From the human T2T-CHM13v2.0 reference genome, Homo sapiens, in the NCBI RefSeq assembly GCF_009914755.1, contig NC_060929.1: a stretch of DNA of 64,000 nt; one strand, given 5' to 3'. Shown here in pieces: positions 12,040-24,665 of this stretch. Below the pieces are notes generated by a model, which was not told the origin of the DNA, ran no database searches, and saw only the letters and a list, made by a program, of their open reading frames with translations. A program made the position numbers and the translations under genes. Numbering within the stretch: position 1 is the first letter of the stretch; each line of letters begins with the position of its first letter.

Positions 12040-12290
12040 ATGGTAAAAGGGAACAGACACAAGACTTGGGAGCTGGAAGGCGTAGTGTCTAGTCCAGGCT
12101 TCATTTCATTACTTATCACATATTTTTAGTTAGGTCATCTTGGGAAGACTTTCTCTTAGATATTTTCCTATCTGTAAAGTGGACTAACAAAAATCTCTGC
12201 AAGGTCTACTTCACAGAATTGTTAGAAGACCAAATCAGATAGTTTAAATAAATAGTATTCATTACTGAAAAGTGGTGTGTTCATAAGAAT
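12040..12290 (+). mobile_element. MIR
   Basis: TTTTCCTATCTGTAAAGTGG...CTACTTCACAGAATTGTT core. Confidence 0.6.
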
Positions 12291-12355
12291 AGCACAATCT
12301 TCTTTATATTGTGCTATTTATGTTCCTGTCTATCTCTCCTATGGAACCATTTTTT

Positions 12356-14006
12356 TAAATCTTTTTTTTAAATTATACTTTAAGTTTTAGGGTACATGTG
12401 CATAACATGCAGGTTTGTTACATATGTATACATATGCCATGTTGGTGTGCTGCACCCATTAACTCATCATTTACATAAGGTATATCTCCTAATGCTATCC
12501 CTCCTCCCTCCCCCCACCCCACAACAGGCCCTGGTGTGTGATGTTCCCCTTCCTGTGTCCATATGTTCTCATTGTTCAATTCCCACCTATGAGTGAGAAC
12601 ATGCGGTGTTTGGTTTTTTGTCCTTGTGATAGTTTGCTGAGAATGATGGTTTCCAGCTTCGTCCATGTCCCTACAAAGGACATGAACTCATCATTTTTTA
12701 TGGCTGCATAGTATTCCATGTTGTATATGTGCCACATTTTCTTAATCCAGTCTATCATTGTTGGACATTTGGGTTGGTTCCAAGTCTTTGCTATTGTGAA
12801 TAGTGCCGCAATAAACATACCTGTGCATGTGTCTTTATAGCAGCATGATTTATAATCCTTTGGGTATGTACCCAGTAATGGGATGGCTGGGTGGGTCAAA
12901 TGGTATTTCTAGTTCTAGATCCCTGAGGAATCGCCACACTGACTTTCACAATGGTTGAACTAGTTTACAGTCCCACCAACAGTATAAAAGTGTTCCTATT
13001 TCTCCACATCCTCTCCAGCACCTGTTGTTCCCTGACTTTTTAATGATCGCCATTCTAACTGGTGTGAGATGGTATCTCATTGTGGTTTTGATTTGCATTT
13101 CTCTGATGGCCAGTGCTGATGAGCATTTTTTCATGTGTCTGTTGGCTGCATAAATGTCTTCTTTTGAGAAGTGTCTGTTCATATCCTTTGCCCACTTGTT
13201 GATGGGGTTGTTTGTTTTTTTCTTGTAAATTTGTTTGTGTTCTTTGTAGATTCTGGATATTAGCCCTTTGTCAGATGAGTAGATTGCCAAAATTTTCTCC
13301 CATTCTGTAGGTTGCCTGTTCACTGTGATGGTAGTTTCTTTTGCTGTGCAGAAGCTCTTTAATTTAATTAGATCCCATTTGTCAATTTTGGCTTTTGTTG
13401 CCATTGCTTTTGGTGTTTTAGATATGAAGTCCTTGCCCATGCCTATGTCCTGAATGGTATTGCCTAGGTTTTCTTCTAGGGTTTTTATGGTTTTAGGTCT
13501 AACATTTAATTCTTTAATCCATCTTGAATTAATTTTTGTATAAGGTGTAAGGAAGGGATCCAGTTTCAGCTTTCTACATATGGCTAGCCAGTTTTCTGAG
13601 CACCATTTATTAAATAGGGAATCTTTTCCCCATTTCTTGTTTTTATCAGGTTTGTCAAAGATCAGATAGTTGTAGATACGTGGCATTATTTCTGAGGGCT
13701 CTATTCTATTCCATTGGTCTATATCTCTGTTTTGATACAAGTACCATGCTGTTTTGGTTACTGTAGCCTTGTAGTATAGTTTGAAGTCAGGTCGCATGAT
13801 GCCTCCAGCTTTGTTCCTTTGGCTTAGGATTGACTTGGCAATGCGGGCTTTTTTTTTGGTTCCATATGAACTTTAAAGTAGTTTTTTCCAATTCTGTGAA
13901 GAAAGTCATTGGTAACTCGATAGGGATGGCATTGAATGTATAAATTACCTTGGGCAGTATAGCCATTTTCACAATATTGATTCTTCCTACCCGTGAGCAT
14001 AGAATG
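12356..14006 (-). mobile_element. 5'-truncated L1PA (L1PA4-like), about 1.65 kb, with ORF2 C-terminal remnant and 3' UTR
   Basis: ORF track gives L1 ORF2 peptides ([16 protein letters not shown]...; ...[10 protein letters not shown]) broken by frameshifts; TSD GAACCATTTTTT at 12344-12355 and 14009-14020. Confidence 0.97.
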
Positions 14007-14094
14007 CAGAACCATTTTTTAAGAGCAGTTTTGTTCTCCCCTGTACTGTGAAAATGCTTAGCATAAAGGCTTTGCTGAGTAGGTTATATTTTGC

Positions 14095-14890
14095 AATGAC
14101 TAAGAGCTCTGGCTCTGAAGTCCTAATGAGTTTTGTTTGAACCCAGATCCTGTCATTCGTGTTGGTGTGACCTTGGGAAAATTGTTTAAGTTTCAGTTTT
14201 CCCATCTTTGAGAGAGGAAATAATAGGATCCATCTTGGTAAGTCAGGAAGCTTGGGTTATGTGAATAATCCATATCAAGGTTGTGGAAATAGAAAAGAGA
14301 GTGTAGTAGTTAATGTATCTATATCTGTATCTCTAATCTATATAAACATATTCTGCAGGAGTGCTTGGTGAAAGTATGATCCAGGGACTCAAATTATGAT
14401 CTTGTTCTCCCCTTTTGATTTGCTTTTCTCTTAGTCTCTATTTTGCAAACAGGATTTGTCCACTTAGCAGAGAAGATGATGTTTCAGCTGTTGCTTGATG
14501 TATCAAGTTCTCTAACTCAGGATTTAAATGATTTACCAATATAAAAAAATTGTGAACTAGTCTACTTGATTCTACTTGGTCATATTCTCACCCTGGATCA
14601 ATCGCATGGTGTGATGAATGGGGTGCTTTTATTATTTAGACCTGGTCTTCTTGCCCACTCTACTTGTGGTGGCCATGGGGTACTAGAACCGGCACTCCCA
14701 CCACTATCACATGATTAGAGAATGGGAGGAAGAGTCTTCTAATGGGATGTGGTGGTATTATAGGCTGTGTTAACAGATAAAAACAACCAGTCTGCTACTT
14801 TTCTTATAGGACTGTTGTGAGAATTCAATGATAGAACTTTTTTGTATCCTGGTCTGGAATATAGCAAGCTCTTACTAATATGATTATTTA
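14095..14890. mobile_element. MIR (14095-14235 and 14800-14890) split by an MLT1-type LTR (about 14240-14800)
   Basis: MIR core GTGTGACCTTGGGAAAATTG...CAGTTTTCCCATCT resumes at CTTATAGGACTGTTGTGAGAATTCAATGA; the intervening sequence has MLT1J/K-like motifs. Confidence 0.6.
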
Positions 14891-16746
14891 TTGGAAGGAT
14901 ATTTGTGTCTAGGCATCTTGCAGAAAGTAGTCACTTTGTTAATTGTTTAAACCTCTGAATGAGTTTATTCTAAACATGTAAGAACGAGTTCTAGGAGGTC
15001 ATATGGTAAGAGACAAAAGGCAAAGGAGCCATCCTTACTCTTCGTAGGGATTAGGCTAGAAAAGGGCACTGGGGGTTAGAAAAGGAAGTCTATCTTTTCC
15101 AACCTGGGATTCCTCATAATAAGTACTTATTTTTGGTGGCAGTCGTAGGAGTATCCAGCCTTGGGTCTCTGCTGCCATTCCTGACCTCGCTTCAGAGTCA
15201 GAAGGTCAGTCTGAAACAGGATTAAAGTGACAGAAGACACTGGCTCCTCCCCGTTTTCTTTTCTTCCTGTTGGTCAGGCTGAGACCCCTAGATTTTTGTC
15301 CTTTTGTCTCTCCAGGTTTGGATTTTTCTTAGTTTTGACTTTTTCTTGTAGTCTGACTCAGATTGTGTTAAGCTGGAGCCCAGTGTTAATACTTAATGAG
15401 AAATGGAATTTAGTTCAGCCTCTTTGTATGGGTGCATTGTTGAGACTAAAAAAACTGAAGAAAAAAGAAAAGAAAAAGAAAACCAGGTTGAACCTTTTGA
15501 CTTGGAACCATGGAAAACACTCTTCTTGTTTAAGCACCATCAACTTAAAGTTGAGACTTCCAACTGGCATCCATCATCACAGCAAGCAGGCAAACCTATT
15601 GAAATAAACCCAGTTACTTTTTTCTTAAAGACAGACATCAGGAGACATAACAAATCATGTGCAACAGGATATATTTTTGTGGTAATTTTCCTTGATTATA
15701 AACAACATTTTGATATACTTGTCTCTAAAGCATCTATGAGAAAGAGTTCAAGTGAATAAATAGTTTCTGCATTTTATGATGTGATTTTAGTTCCTTTACC
15801 TTGGCTGCTTAAGGATGATGGCTTAATCTGATATTCCTGAAAATAAGAAATATCTATATTTCCATGATCACTGAAAGTTCACATTGGATTGTAAACTCAG
15901 ATAGAACTGACCTGAGGCTTATCAGAGCTGAAGCAAAGGAAGCGCATGAGAACAGAGAAGATTTAATCAGAAAGAAAATTCTGCTTGAGAAACAGTCTTT
16001 GCCCCACCAAAGTCTTTTGAGTTTAGGAGGAAGGAGGACAGGGGATGAGAAACAGAAATAAGGACCATTTCAAATGTTATTTAAAAAATAGCACCCCCTC
16101 CACAACTTCTCTTTCCAGTTAGGTTTAATAAAAAGTAATCCTGCACATTCCTCGGACATCTTCTGTTTATGTTCTTGACGCAGATGGACTAATGGAGACG
16201 TCCCCCTCCACTGGATAATAATGCCCAACAATAACATTGCATGTTTTATTTGCTATGCTTTTTGCAGCTGACTTGCTTTCCCCAGCTCTGTAACTTAGCT
16301 TCTTTATTTATGGATGTAATTTTTATCTCCTCTTTTCCTAATGGGGATGTTTGGAGAACTGAGGGAACAGTTATGAAAACAACTCTGTAGGGCAAATAAC
16401 CAAGCCTGTGGCAGTGCAGTGCTACCCTGAACTCACAACCCATTTTGGAGTTGATGTGCTGCTGGGGCCGAAGGACATGTCCATCACCCTGTTCTGATAC
16501 TATTCAGGGCAGACAGATGTGGGCATAGAAGCTGTTGTTATTGGAGGATTTTCCTGCTCAAGCAGAATGATGCACTGTAGCTTTAATTTTAGCAAGAAAG
16601 ATGATGGTTACTGCTCTAATGCCTCTGATTAAGGTCAGCAGCAACACTGCTTGGGAACAATTAAGATTGCTTTAAAAAAATCTATTTTTTTTCTATCTTG
16701 AAAGTTGGGGGATACCAGAAGGAAATGTGTTATGTCTGTACAGATT

Positions 16747-17010
16747 GTATCAGGTATCTATTGCTGTGTGGCATACCATCCTAAAACATAGTGGCTGAAA
16801 ACAACAACCGCTCATTTACTTAACACTTTTGCAATTTGGGCAGGGCTGACCTGGGAGGCCCATCTCTGCTCCAGGTGATGTTGGCTGGATGCACACATGT
16901 GTTTGTGGTCAGCTGGCTGGTTCTGGTGGTCTCAGAAATTGGGGCTGTCAGCCAAGGTAGCTTGGTTCTTTTCCTCGTGGTTCCCCAACAGGATAGCCTG
17001 GGATTCTTAG
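16747..17010 (-). mobile_element. MLT1 (F/G-like) MaLR LTR fragment
   Basis: TGTATCAGGTATCTATTGCTGTG...AGTGGCTGAAAACAAC...GCAATTTGGGCAGGGCT. Confidence 0.75.
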
Positions 17011-18914
17011 ATTGCATTTGCAGCTCTCCAACTATGTAAAACGCAACCCCCTTGCCTTGACCATTTTGTGAACTTCCAGGGGACGTGTCACAAATGTTCT
17101 CAGATAAGACTCTTCTGTTGAAACTGTGCTTCTCTGCCTGCTGTTGCAATTTCTGCCTGCCCCTGCCTGTCTCCCAGCATGGCAGAGTTGCCATTGCAGC
17201 TGTCTCTTGCTTCAACAGAGCATTGCACCCACGTGTTCCCAAAACAGTGTGGCTCTCTGGGGCAAGGTGGGAGCACTGCTCCTCTCTCCTTTGGACCGTG
17301 CTATGTTGGAGGGGGGCCCCAGGACTGCTTGCATCCTCATTTTGTTTACCTTTCTCCACGCTTTATTGTTCTTCATCCATTTCAGACATGAGTCCTGCAG
17401 AGACTTGGCTGGAATTGAATGGATTTGACAGAAGGCGCCATACTGAACTTAATCCAATGACATTTTATTCAGTTGAGCCCATCATGCCACATTCTCTCTA
17501 TTTTTAGGGTGAATTCTCCCAAGAATCCTGATTTGCTAGACAGGCCTAGATATAACTGATCCTCATTTAGCTCTTCAGCCAGGACCCCTCCTTCCCTCAT
17601 CATCCCTCTCTTGAACCAGCACTGTTATCAAGCAAAGTTTCTTTTGTTTTGAAGGTGAAGAAACTAAGTTAAGGAAATGGGAAATTGAACTTCTTGATTT
17701 ATGCAGTGGCTGCAGGTTAGTGAGATGCCAGGGCTCTTATTTAGTCCATCCCTCTGTTGGCTAATCCTCCTTATCCTAGGGAATCAAAGATATCCTGTGG
17801 GGGTAGCAACGAGAGACTCCATATGGTGTTCTGCTCTTTCTCACCCTTTTTAATTTGGCTCATTGTTCAATCTTAATTTGCAATTGTCACAGCTGCGATT
17901 ACATTTCTGACGTTCCACCAACTCCAAAAACCCTTGAATCTGAACCCTTGGCGGTTTTAATTTTATTTTTGTTGAGAAAGGTTATGTTGTCACAATGGAT
18001 AAAGCTAGCACTTCAGCAAGGGAAAACATTTTTTTTTGGGGGAAAAATATAATTCTAATTTAGTATTAAGCCTTAGAATGGGCTGCAACTGTGGAACCTC
18101 AAGTGCAGGGGAGTTGACAACTCAGCCATAATCAAGCTAACTGAATTGGACAGAGCAATGTGAGACATAATTAGCAATTCTGTTCAGCGAGCTGTCTCCT
18201 GAAAAACTTAAAATACCTTCCCTGCCTCATGCATATTCAGTGCCTCATTTGCTATTGTTTTTATCCAACAGGTTGAAATTCAAAAGGGAAAAATTCTGAG
18301 TTGTCTGTCTCACTTTCATCCTCCACATTCTCCTCTCTTTTCAGCAACCCCCTCCCTCAAGCCAGTCCCATTTCAATACAGCAGGTCACTCCAATGCCAA
18401 CTGCACATTGACAAATACAAAATATTCTGAGCACAGTGTTTTTTCTCTTGTTTGTATCTTTTTCAACACTTCTGCTCATTTAGATAAACAGAACAGGTAT
18501 GTTTGCCCTGGGGAATTAGAGCCACTTGATTGTGTGATCAGGCTTCTGAAGGCACATTGTTAGAGTCAGGAATCCTTTCCTTCACATGATTGCTGCGTCT
18601 TGAGTAGGTTTGGGATGAACTGGAGATTGATTGATGATCCCAGGCTTTTCCTCCTGATCTCTGTTCACCATGATGGGTTCGCTTTCACTCTTCTTGATGT
18701 TCCAGGCAAGTTGGGCGTTTGTCTGTAGATGCGCAGTGAAATCTCAGAGGCAGTGAGAGGAGAGGAAAGAAAAATCAAATATATTACCCTGTGTTCATTG
18801 CATCCCCTGGTTAGCTGAGCCTAGAAGTTCTACATTAGAAGCCTGTCTGCTTGGTACCCAAAATGTGGTGGGTGTCACCACTCTGGAAGGACTTTCCAGG
18901 AATTACTAGTTATT

Positions 18915-19002
18915 TGGAGAGGCAGTGCTGTAGAGTGAAAAGCAAGAGTGAGTTGGAACTGGTGTCAAATCCTAGTTTTGTGCTTACTAGCTGTATGATA
19001 AC
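18915..19002 (+). mobile_element. MIR left part
   Basis: GAGAGGCAG...TCAAATCCTAGTTTTGTGCTTACTAGCTGTATGA. Confidence 0.7.
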
Positions 19003-19386
19003 TGTCTTAGACTGTTTGAGCTGCTATCATAAATTACTACAGACTGAGTGGCTTCAACAAAATAAATTTATTTCTTATGGTTCTAGAGGCTGGCAAGTTC
19101 CAGATCAAGGTGCAGGTAGATCTGGTGTCTCAGGAGGGCCTGCTTCCTGGTTTGCAGATGGTCATCTTTTCATTGTGTCCTCATGTGGTAGACAGCAGAG
19201 AGAGGGAGCAAGCTCTAGTGTTTCTTCTTCTAAGGGCAATAATCCCATTCATGAGGGTTCTACCCTCACGACCTAATTATCTTCCAAAGTCTCCACCTCC
19301 TAATACTATCACATTGAAGGGTAAGAGTTCAACACAGGAATTTTAATTTAATTTAATTTTGAGACATAAACGTTTAGTCTGTAACA
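19003..19386 (-). mobile_element. MLT1A0-like solo LTR inserted in MIR
   Basis: TG...CA ends; TGTCTTAGACTGTTTGAGCTGCTAT...CATGAGGGTTCTACCCTCACGACCTAAT. Confidence 0.88.
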
Positions 19387-19540
19387 TTGACCAAATAAAA
19401 CTTTACCTCCCTAATCATCAAGTGCTTCATCTGTAAAATGGAAATAATAACAACACCATGTGTGGATATTATTGAGGCTTAAATAAGATAATGTATAGGG
19501 AAAACCTAGCTGAGTGGCTGGCACATCGTTGGTGCTCTAC
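19387..19540 (+). mobile_element. MIR right part
   Basis: TTCATCTGTAAAATGGAAATAATAACA...CTGGCACATCGTTGGTGCTC. Confidence 0.75.
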
Positions 19541-22500
19541 AGTCATGCTTTTCCTTTTAAAAATTCCTCAGCTTCCTCATCTTAGTCTTTATTTTCCTTT
19601 TGTTTCTTTTTAAAATTATATTTTGCAATATTATTTTAGGAAATATAAAATATGCTAAAAATTCACAAAATTACTCACGACTTTCAATCTCTTTTTCTAC
19701 AAAACTCCTTTTCAAAAGACACATTCTAGCAATTAGTAAATGCTGATTTAAGTTGTATCATCTTTCCCTTTTCCTATTAATGTCTGCTAGAGGCGACTGG
19801 CCAAAGGCATAAAGTTGAGTTAAATGAGAAATTAAATATTTTTTCTCATCCTAAATTCCTGGAAGCATCACCATATTTCCTCACTTCAAAATAGCCTCCC
19901 TCAGATTTTAGCTTTTCCATTTAGGGAGCATTAGGATAAGAAAAAAATTATGTTAAAATTTTCAGTTTGCTGACTTAACTTGGATGCCAAAGGTTTGATT
20001 TTTGCATGCTTTTAAAAAGTGAAAAGTAAAATGTTAAGGTATACTCAGACTTGTAAATATTTTAGAGGAAGCATATACTCTAAAAGAATTCCTATGTCAA
20101 ATATGATGATAGTTATGCTAGAGACTTTCAAGAGGAAATAATAGAAGGAGAAGGGTCTCTAATATTATATATTAGAGGAAGAGAGTTGGGAACTTGGTCC
20201 TTTTCAACGTTAAATTTGCTATAGTTCGTTGACCTCTGAATGAGTTCACAAGACAAGAAACAAATGCAAGGACTGAATTAAGTAGAAGAATTCCACCCCT
20301 GACTCCCTCCTGAAAGCCAGTAGATCTTATTATATGTATCATACCATTTGGCAGGTTATTTAGCACTTCATTGATTACCATCACACACTGTGCTCTAATT
20401 GTTTCCCAAGTAAAAGTCTTGCTTCTTTCAAAATATTGTAAAATACTTGAAAGAAAAGGTCATATCACATACTTATTTTATGTGGCTTCCCACAGGTCCT
20501 AGCCCATTCTACACATGCATTAAGCAAAAAAGAAATTCTTGCAAATTGGAAACAAAATGAGAAAAAAATGAATCTATGAAACTTCCTTCTATTCACAATA
20601 TCCATTCATTTTTGTGAATGAGCCAAGACTGTGACCCACCATGCTCACAAATGGAAAGGAATGTACAGGAGGTTAGAAGAGATGAAGGCCAGAAGAAGAG
20701 CCTTTGAAATGAATATGTTGAACTCCATCAATGGAAAGAGATGGAGTATGGGGTGATGATGGAGAGATAGGGAAAGGTAGAAGAGAATCGGTGGTTGCTC
20801 AGCTTCCATGGAGAGAATTAAGACCATAATCAAGTTCCAAAACAGTTTCTATTTCCTAAGGGTGGGGAACAAGATAGGGAATATTCTAGAAATCATGACT
20901 CCCTTGATGGAACAACCTTAGTTAGGTCTTCTGGATACCCTCCTGTGTCTCTCCTGCAGGAGCTTGACCAGCAATTCCTCGTGGAGAATTGAGGAAGCCA
21001 GTACTGTGAAGAATGGGGACAAAATAGGATCTGGATGTTTGAAGCTTAGGGCTTGCACACTATTAACAGTGAAAAATACCATCCTTTGCCTCCTTGAGCA
21101 AAAATCCCTAGAGTTTTGAAAGTAATTAATCTGGTGTTTTTACTTTTACCCCAGTAGAAGCCTAAATCCTGAAAAGTCTCTGCAAAAAGTATATTTTGTT
21201 GACAGATTATTGTGTAGGGTATAACCTCCCACAAAAATCTTGTCTAAATCCACCAGAATGGCTACAATGAATGATACTGTACCAAAGTCGTGGCTATATT
21301 TGCTGCATTGCCTTCGATTTTTTTTTTTGCTTCTTTCCCTCTCACACTTTTTTTCTAAAGCAGCGAGTCTATTGAGAAATCTTATTAAAAATCACAAACT
21401 GAACAGCACGCTTTTTTTTTTTGCCAGCCAGAAACAGATTTTAAATGACAAAAAAAACTCCTTTAATCTTTTTGTAACATCTTGACAGTTGTGCCAGAAG
21501 ATGTCTGCTTCTGCCTTCAAACTATAATTGCTTTTGGTCTGAAATAATTCATTTCCCACTCTTTTTCCTCTTCTAGAAAACCTTGCCCTTTCAGCTGGAT
21601 ATTTTTCCTTAATTTTGTGGCTACTTTTTTTTGGAGGGCAATGGGAAGGGTTAGGGAGCCAGGAGGCTAAGGAGACCAGAATGAATGTCATAACACACAC
21701 ATTTTGTGAAGGTACAACGTAGAATAAAGAGAGGATCCGTGAGCCAAGCAATGAAAAAATAACACATTTTGTCATAAAAATGAGGTTAACCATCACAGTT
21801 TTTGAATATCTAGTGTCATCAAAGGTATTTGACCTTTTAAAATCCATCAGAGCATGCTTCTATTTGCTTTGTTTTCAATAACTCAAGTGCTCAAGTATGA
21901 TAGTTGAAATCCTTTTTAGAAGCCAGTATCTTTAAGATCCCAAATCTTGCGTGTTCTCCAAAGAATTATTTTAAAAACATTGGAATAAAAGCACCATCAA
22001 ATTTCCATAAAACGGGCATTTGTGGATTCTTTAGCACAGAACACTTCTGATCTATAGTATACACGTTATGGGAACTAGAAACAGGTGATCTCAGCAACAG
22101 GGAGAACTTCGTGAGATAGGGAGTTTAGGCATCCATGAGAATCCACAACTGCAAAGTAGCATGGTACATCCTTCTAACCTCTAGGCTCAAGTCTTGAATC
22201 ATGAAGAATAGAAAAGGAAAGATATGACAGGAAAAAAGAGGATGTGAAAGAAAGACAGATTGATCATCATGCAATGCATGATGTACAGATCATATGGACT
22301 TCTTGCAGTGCAGTGTACATATTCCCCACCTATTTCTGTAATTTTCCCAAACCAGTTCTGTGAAGGTAAGTGTAGTCAACTCTTTCATGACTCAGTTTTA
22401 TGAATGATTTTGGTTTGTTTGCATCCATTATCATTAGAGCCCAGAAGAGGACCATGACAATGCATGTTGGTGGTGGTGGTGGTTGGATAGGGGGCTGGAG

Positions 22501-23303
22501 GGGGATGATGAAATTTGCTGGATGTGAATGGAGATTTTTCTAGCAGAACATCTTCTTTCCTTTTCTAACTGCTTGAGAAAATAGGAAATGCATGAATAAA
22601 AAGAGAAAAAAGGGAATCTCAAGCCTCTGTTGCAGTACTTCTTGGAAACTGGATTAGGCACACTGTTGCTAATCTAGTTTCCAGCAAGTACTGTGACAGA
22701 GGTTTGAGATTCCTACTTTCCCTGGATGCTACTTAGCTATTGAGGCCCAGAATGGAAATGGTGCATTTCTCTGTAGGCAGGAACTAAGGTACATTTGGAG
22801 AAGCAAGGTTTCTTCTTTTTAAGGGAAAGAGAGGTTAAAAATTAACATGCATTAAGTACTTACTATGAGCCAGGCATAGGGATGCTCCCCGTAGCATGTG
22901 GCTGGGCCTCTGTCCGTCCTCAGGAAGGCTAGGTTGAGAGAATCAATTATCTTAAGAGCAAATCCAAAGTTTATGTTATATATTTTTATGGTGTCTTAGG
23001 AGTTTTCTGGTGGATGAGAACAAAAATTCAATCTTTGCTAGCTGGGTCTCAGACCGAGAAGCGAAACAATTTTTTTTTCTTTTGTGTTTTTTTTCCTTAG
23101 GTCATATCCATGGTAGGTATCACAACCATTACTCATTGCCTAGGAGTAGACTTTTTGTTTCTCTCTCCTCAATTCAGGACCTGAGATGTCTTTTTCATTT
23201 CTCCTAAGTTGTTATTTAATGTTATCTGTCCTTCTTGGAATATGGAGTCTGTTTAGTCTTCATAGTCCCATTTCCAGGACTCTCATGACACTATGTTATT
23301 TCT

Positions 23304-23441
23304 TTTTCTTCTTTCTTTTCTTTCTTATTTATTTTTATTTTTTTAATGGAGACAGGGTCTCGCTCTGTCACCCAGACTGCAGTGCAGTGGTGCGATCTCG
23401 GCTCACTGCAGCCTCGACCTCCCGGGCTCAAGGCATCCTCT
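23304..23441 (-). mobile_element. 5'-truncated AluJ-type right-arm fragment
   Basis: About 90 bp of right arm plus tail; exact TSD ATGTTATTTCT at 23293-23303 and 23444-23454. Confidence 0.9.
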
Positions 23442-23627
23442 CAATGTTATTTCTAATTCCATTCTTCCTTCTCAGGAGCATGCCTCAGATCTATTCCAGT
23501 CTTCTAGGATTCAAGCAGTTTTGTGAAAAACTAATGATCTTTTATTTTTGTTATTAAGAGGTCTGGTGTTCCTGGGGGATCGGTTTCCTCTTAAGATCAT
23601 CTTATTGTATCCTCATAATAGCTTTGT

Positions 23628-23973
23628 GGCTAGGCACAGTGGCTTATGCATATAATCCCAGCACTTTGTTTGGAAGGCCAAGACGGGAGGATTGCTTGAG
23701 GCCAGGATAACAGTGAGAGCTGGGTAACATAGTGAGACCCTGTCCTACAAAAACAACATAGTGAGACCCTGTCTCTACAAAAATAAAAAATAAAAAATAG
23801 GCTGGGCATGTTGGGGCATACCTATAGTCCTAGCTACCCAGGTGGCTGAGGTGGAGGGATCATTTGAGCCCAGGAGTTTGAGGCAGAAGTGAGCTTTGAT
23901 AGCGCCACTGCATTCCATCCTGAATAACAGAGCAAGACCCTGTCTCAAAAAAAAAAAAAAAAAAAAAAAAAAA
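23628..23973 (+). mobile_element. AluJ with internal ~29-bp tandem duplication, inserted in a MIR
   Basis: AACATAGTGAGACCCTGTC(T)CTACAAAAA occurs twice; long poly(A); AGCTTTG on both flanks. Confidence 0.93.
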
Positions 23974-23979
23974 GAAAGC

Positions 23980-24140
23980 TTTGCAAGGTAGGTAATACCA
24001 TCTTTATTTTACAAATGAGGAAACTAAGATCCAGAAAGCTAGATAACTTGCTTAAATCACATCATTAGTAAATGGTAGAGCCAGAAGTTAAACGCTGATA
24101 TGTTCAAGTCTGATAGATCTGTCTATGTTTCTGCTACACA
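23980..24140 (-). mobile_element. MIR
   Basis: ATTTTACAAATGAGGAAACTAAG...TAACTTGCTTAAATCACA. Confidence 0.8.
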
Positions 24141-24414
24141 GGATCTCTTAAAGACTAACATTTATTGAATGCCTACTAATGGGTCCAGTACTACGCCAAG
24201 GCTTCTGTGCTGAGAAATTCTAAAAGGGAGTTGGCATAAAAGTTGAAGACTATTGACTACCTAAAATACTATGATGAGAGAGATTCTGTGGTCCTGTCTA
24301 CAGTCAAGGGGGAAGGATGCTGGGATTGATTATTAATGTCTGTTATGGGAACATGATAGGGTGGCCTTGCCAGTTTTTCATAGTAGTTAACTATGACTTA
24401 CAGAGTTACCCAAT

Positions 24415-24665
24415 AACAGAGGCAGAATGACATGGTATTTAAAAGCTAGATTTTGGATGTCTACAGACCTGATTCAAGTCTTGAATCCACGATATACTTA
24501 ACTGTGGTGTACTCAAGCTGAGTCTCTGTTATTTCATTCTATAAATGAGGATGATAATAGTATCTACTTCACAGTTATTGTGAAACTTAAATGAGACAAT
24601 TCACTTAAAAGCACATAATGCAATGCTTGGCATATTGGGTCTTCAGGAAATGTTACCTATTAGAA
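24415..24665 (+). mobile_element. MIR
   Basis: CTATAAATGAGGATGATAATAGTATCTACTTCACAGTTATTGTGAAACTTAAATGAGA. Confidence 0.75.

Noticed and set aside
12418-14015. L1 ORF2 peptides up to 283 aa
   Set aside because: They come from a 5'-truncated, frameshifted L1 with no promoter, endonuclease or RT core; not a host gene or an active element
16820-17507. Overlapping ORFs of 179, 140 and 100 aa
   Set aside because: They partly overlap an MLT1 LTR, show no recognisable domain and have no coherent splice structure
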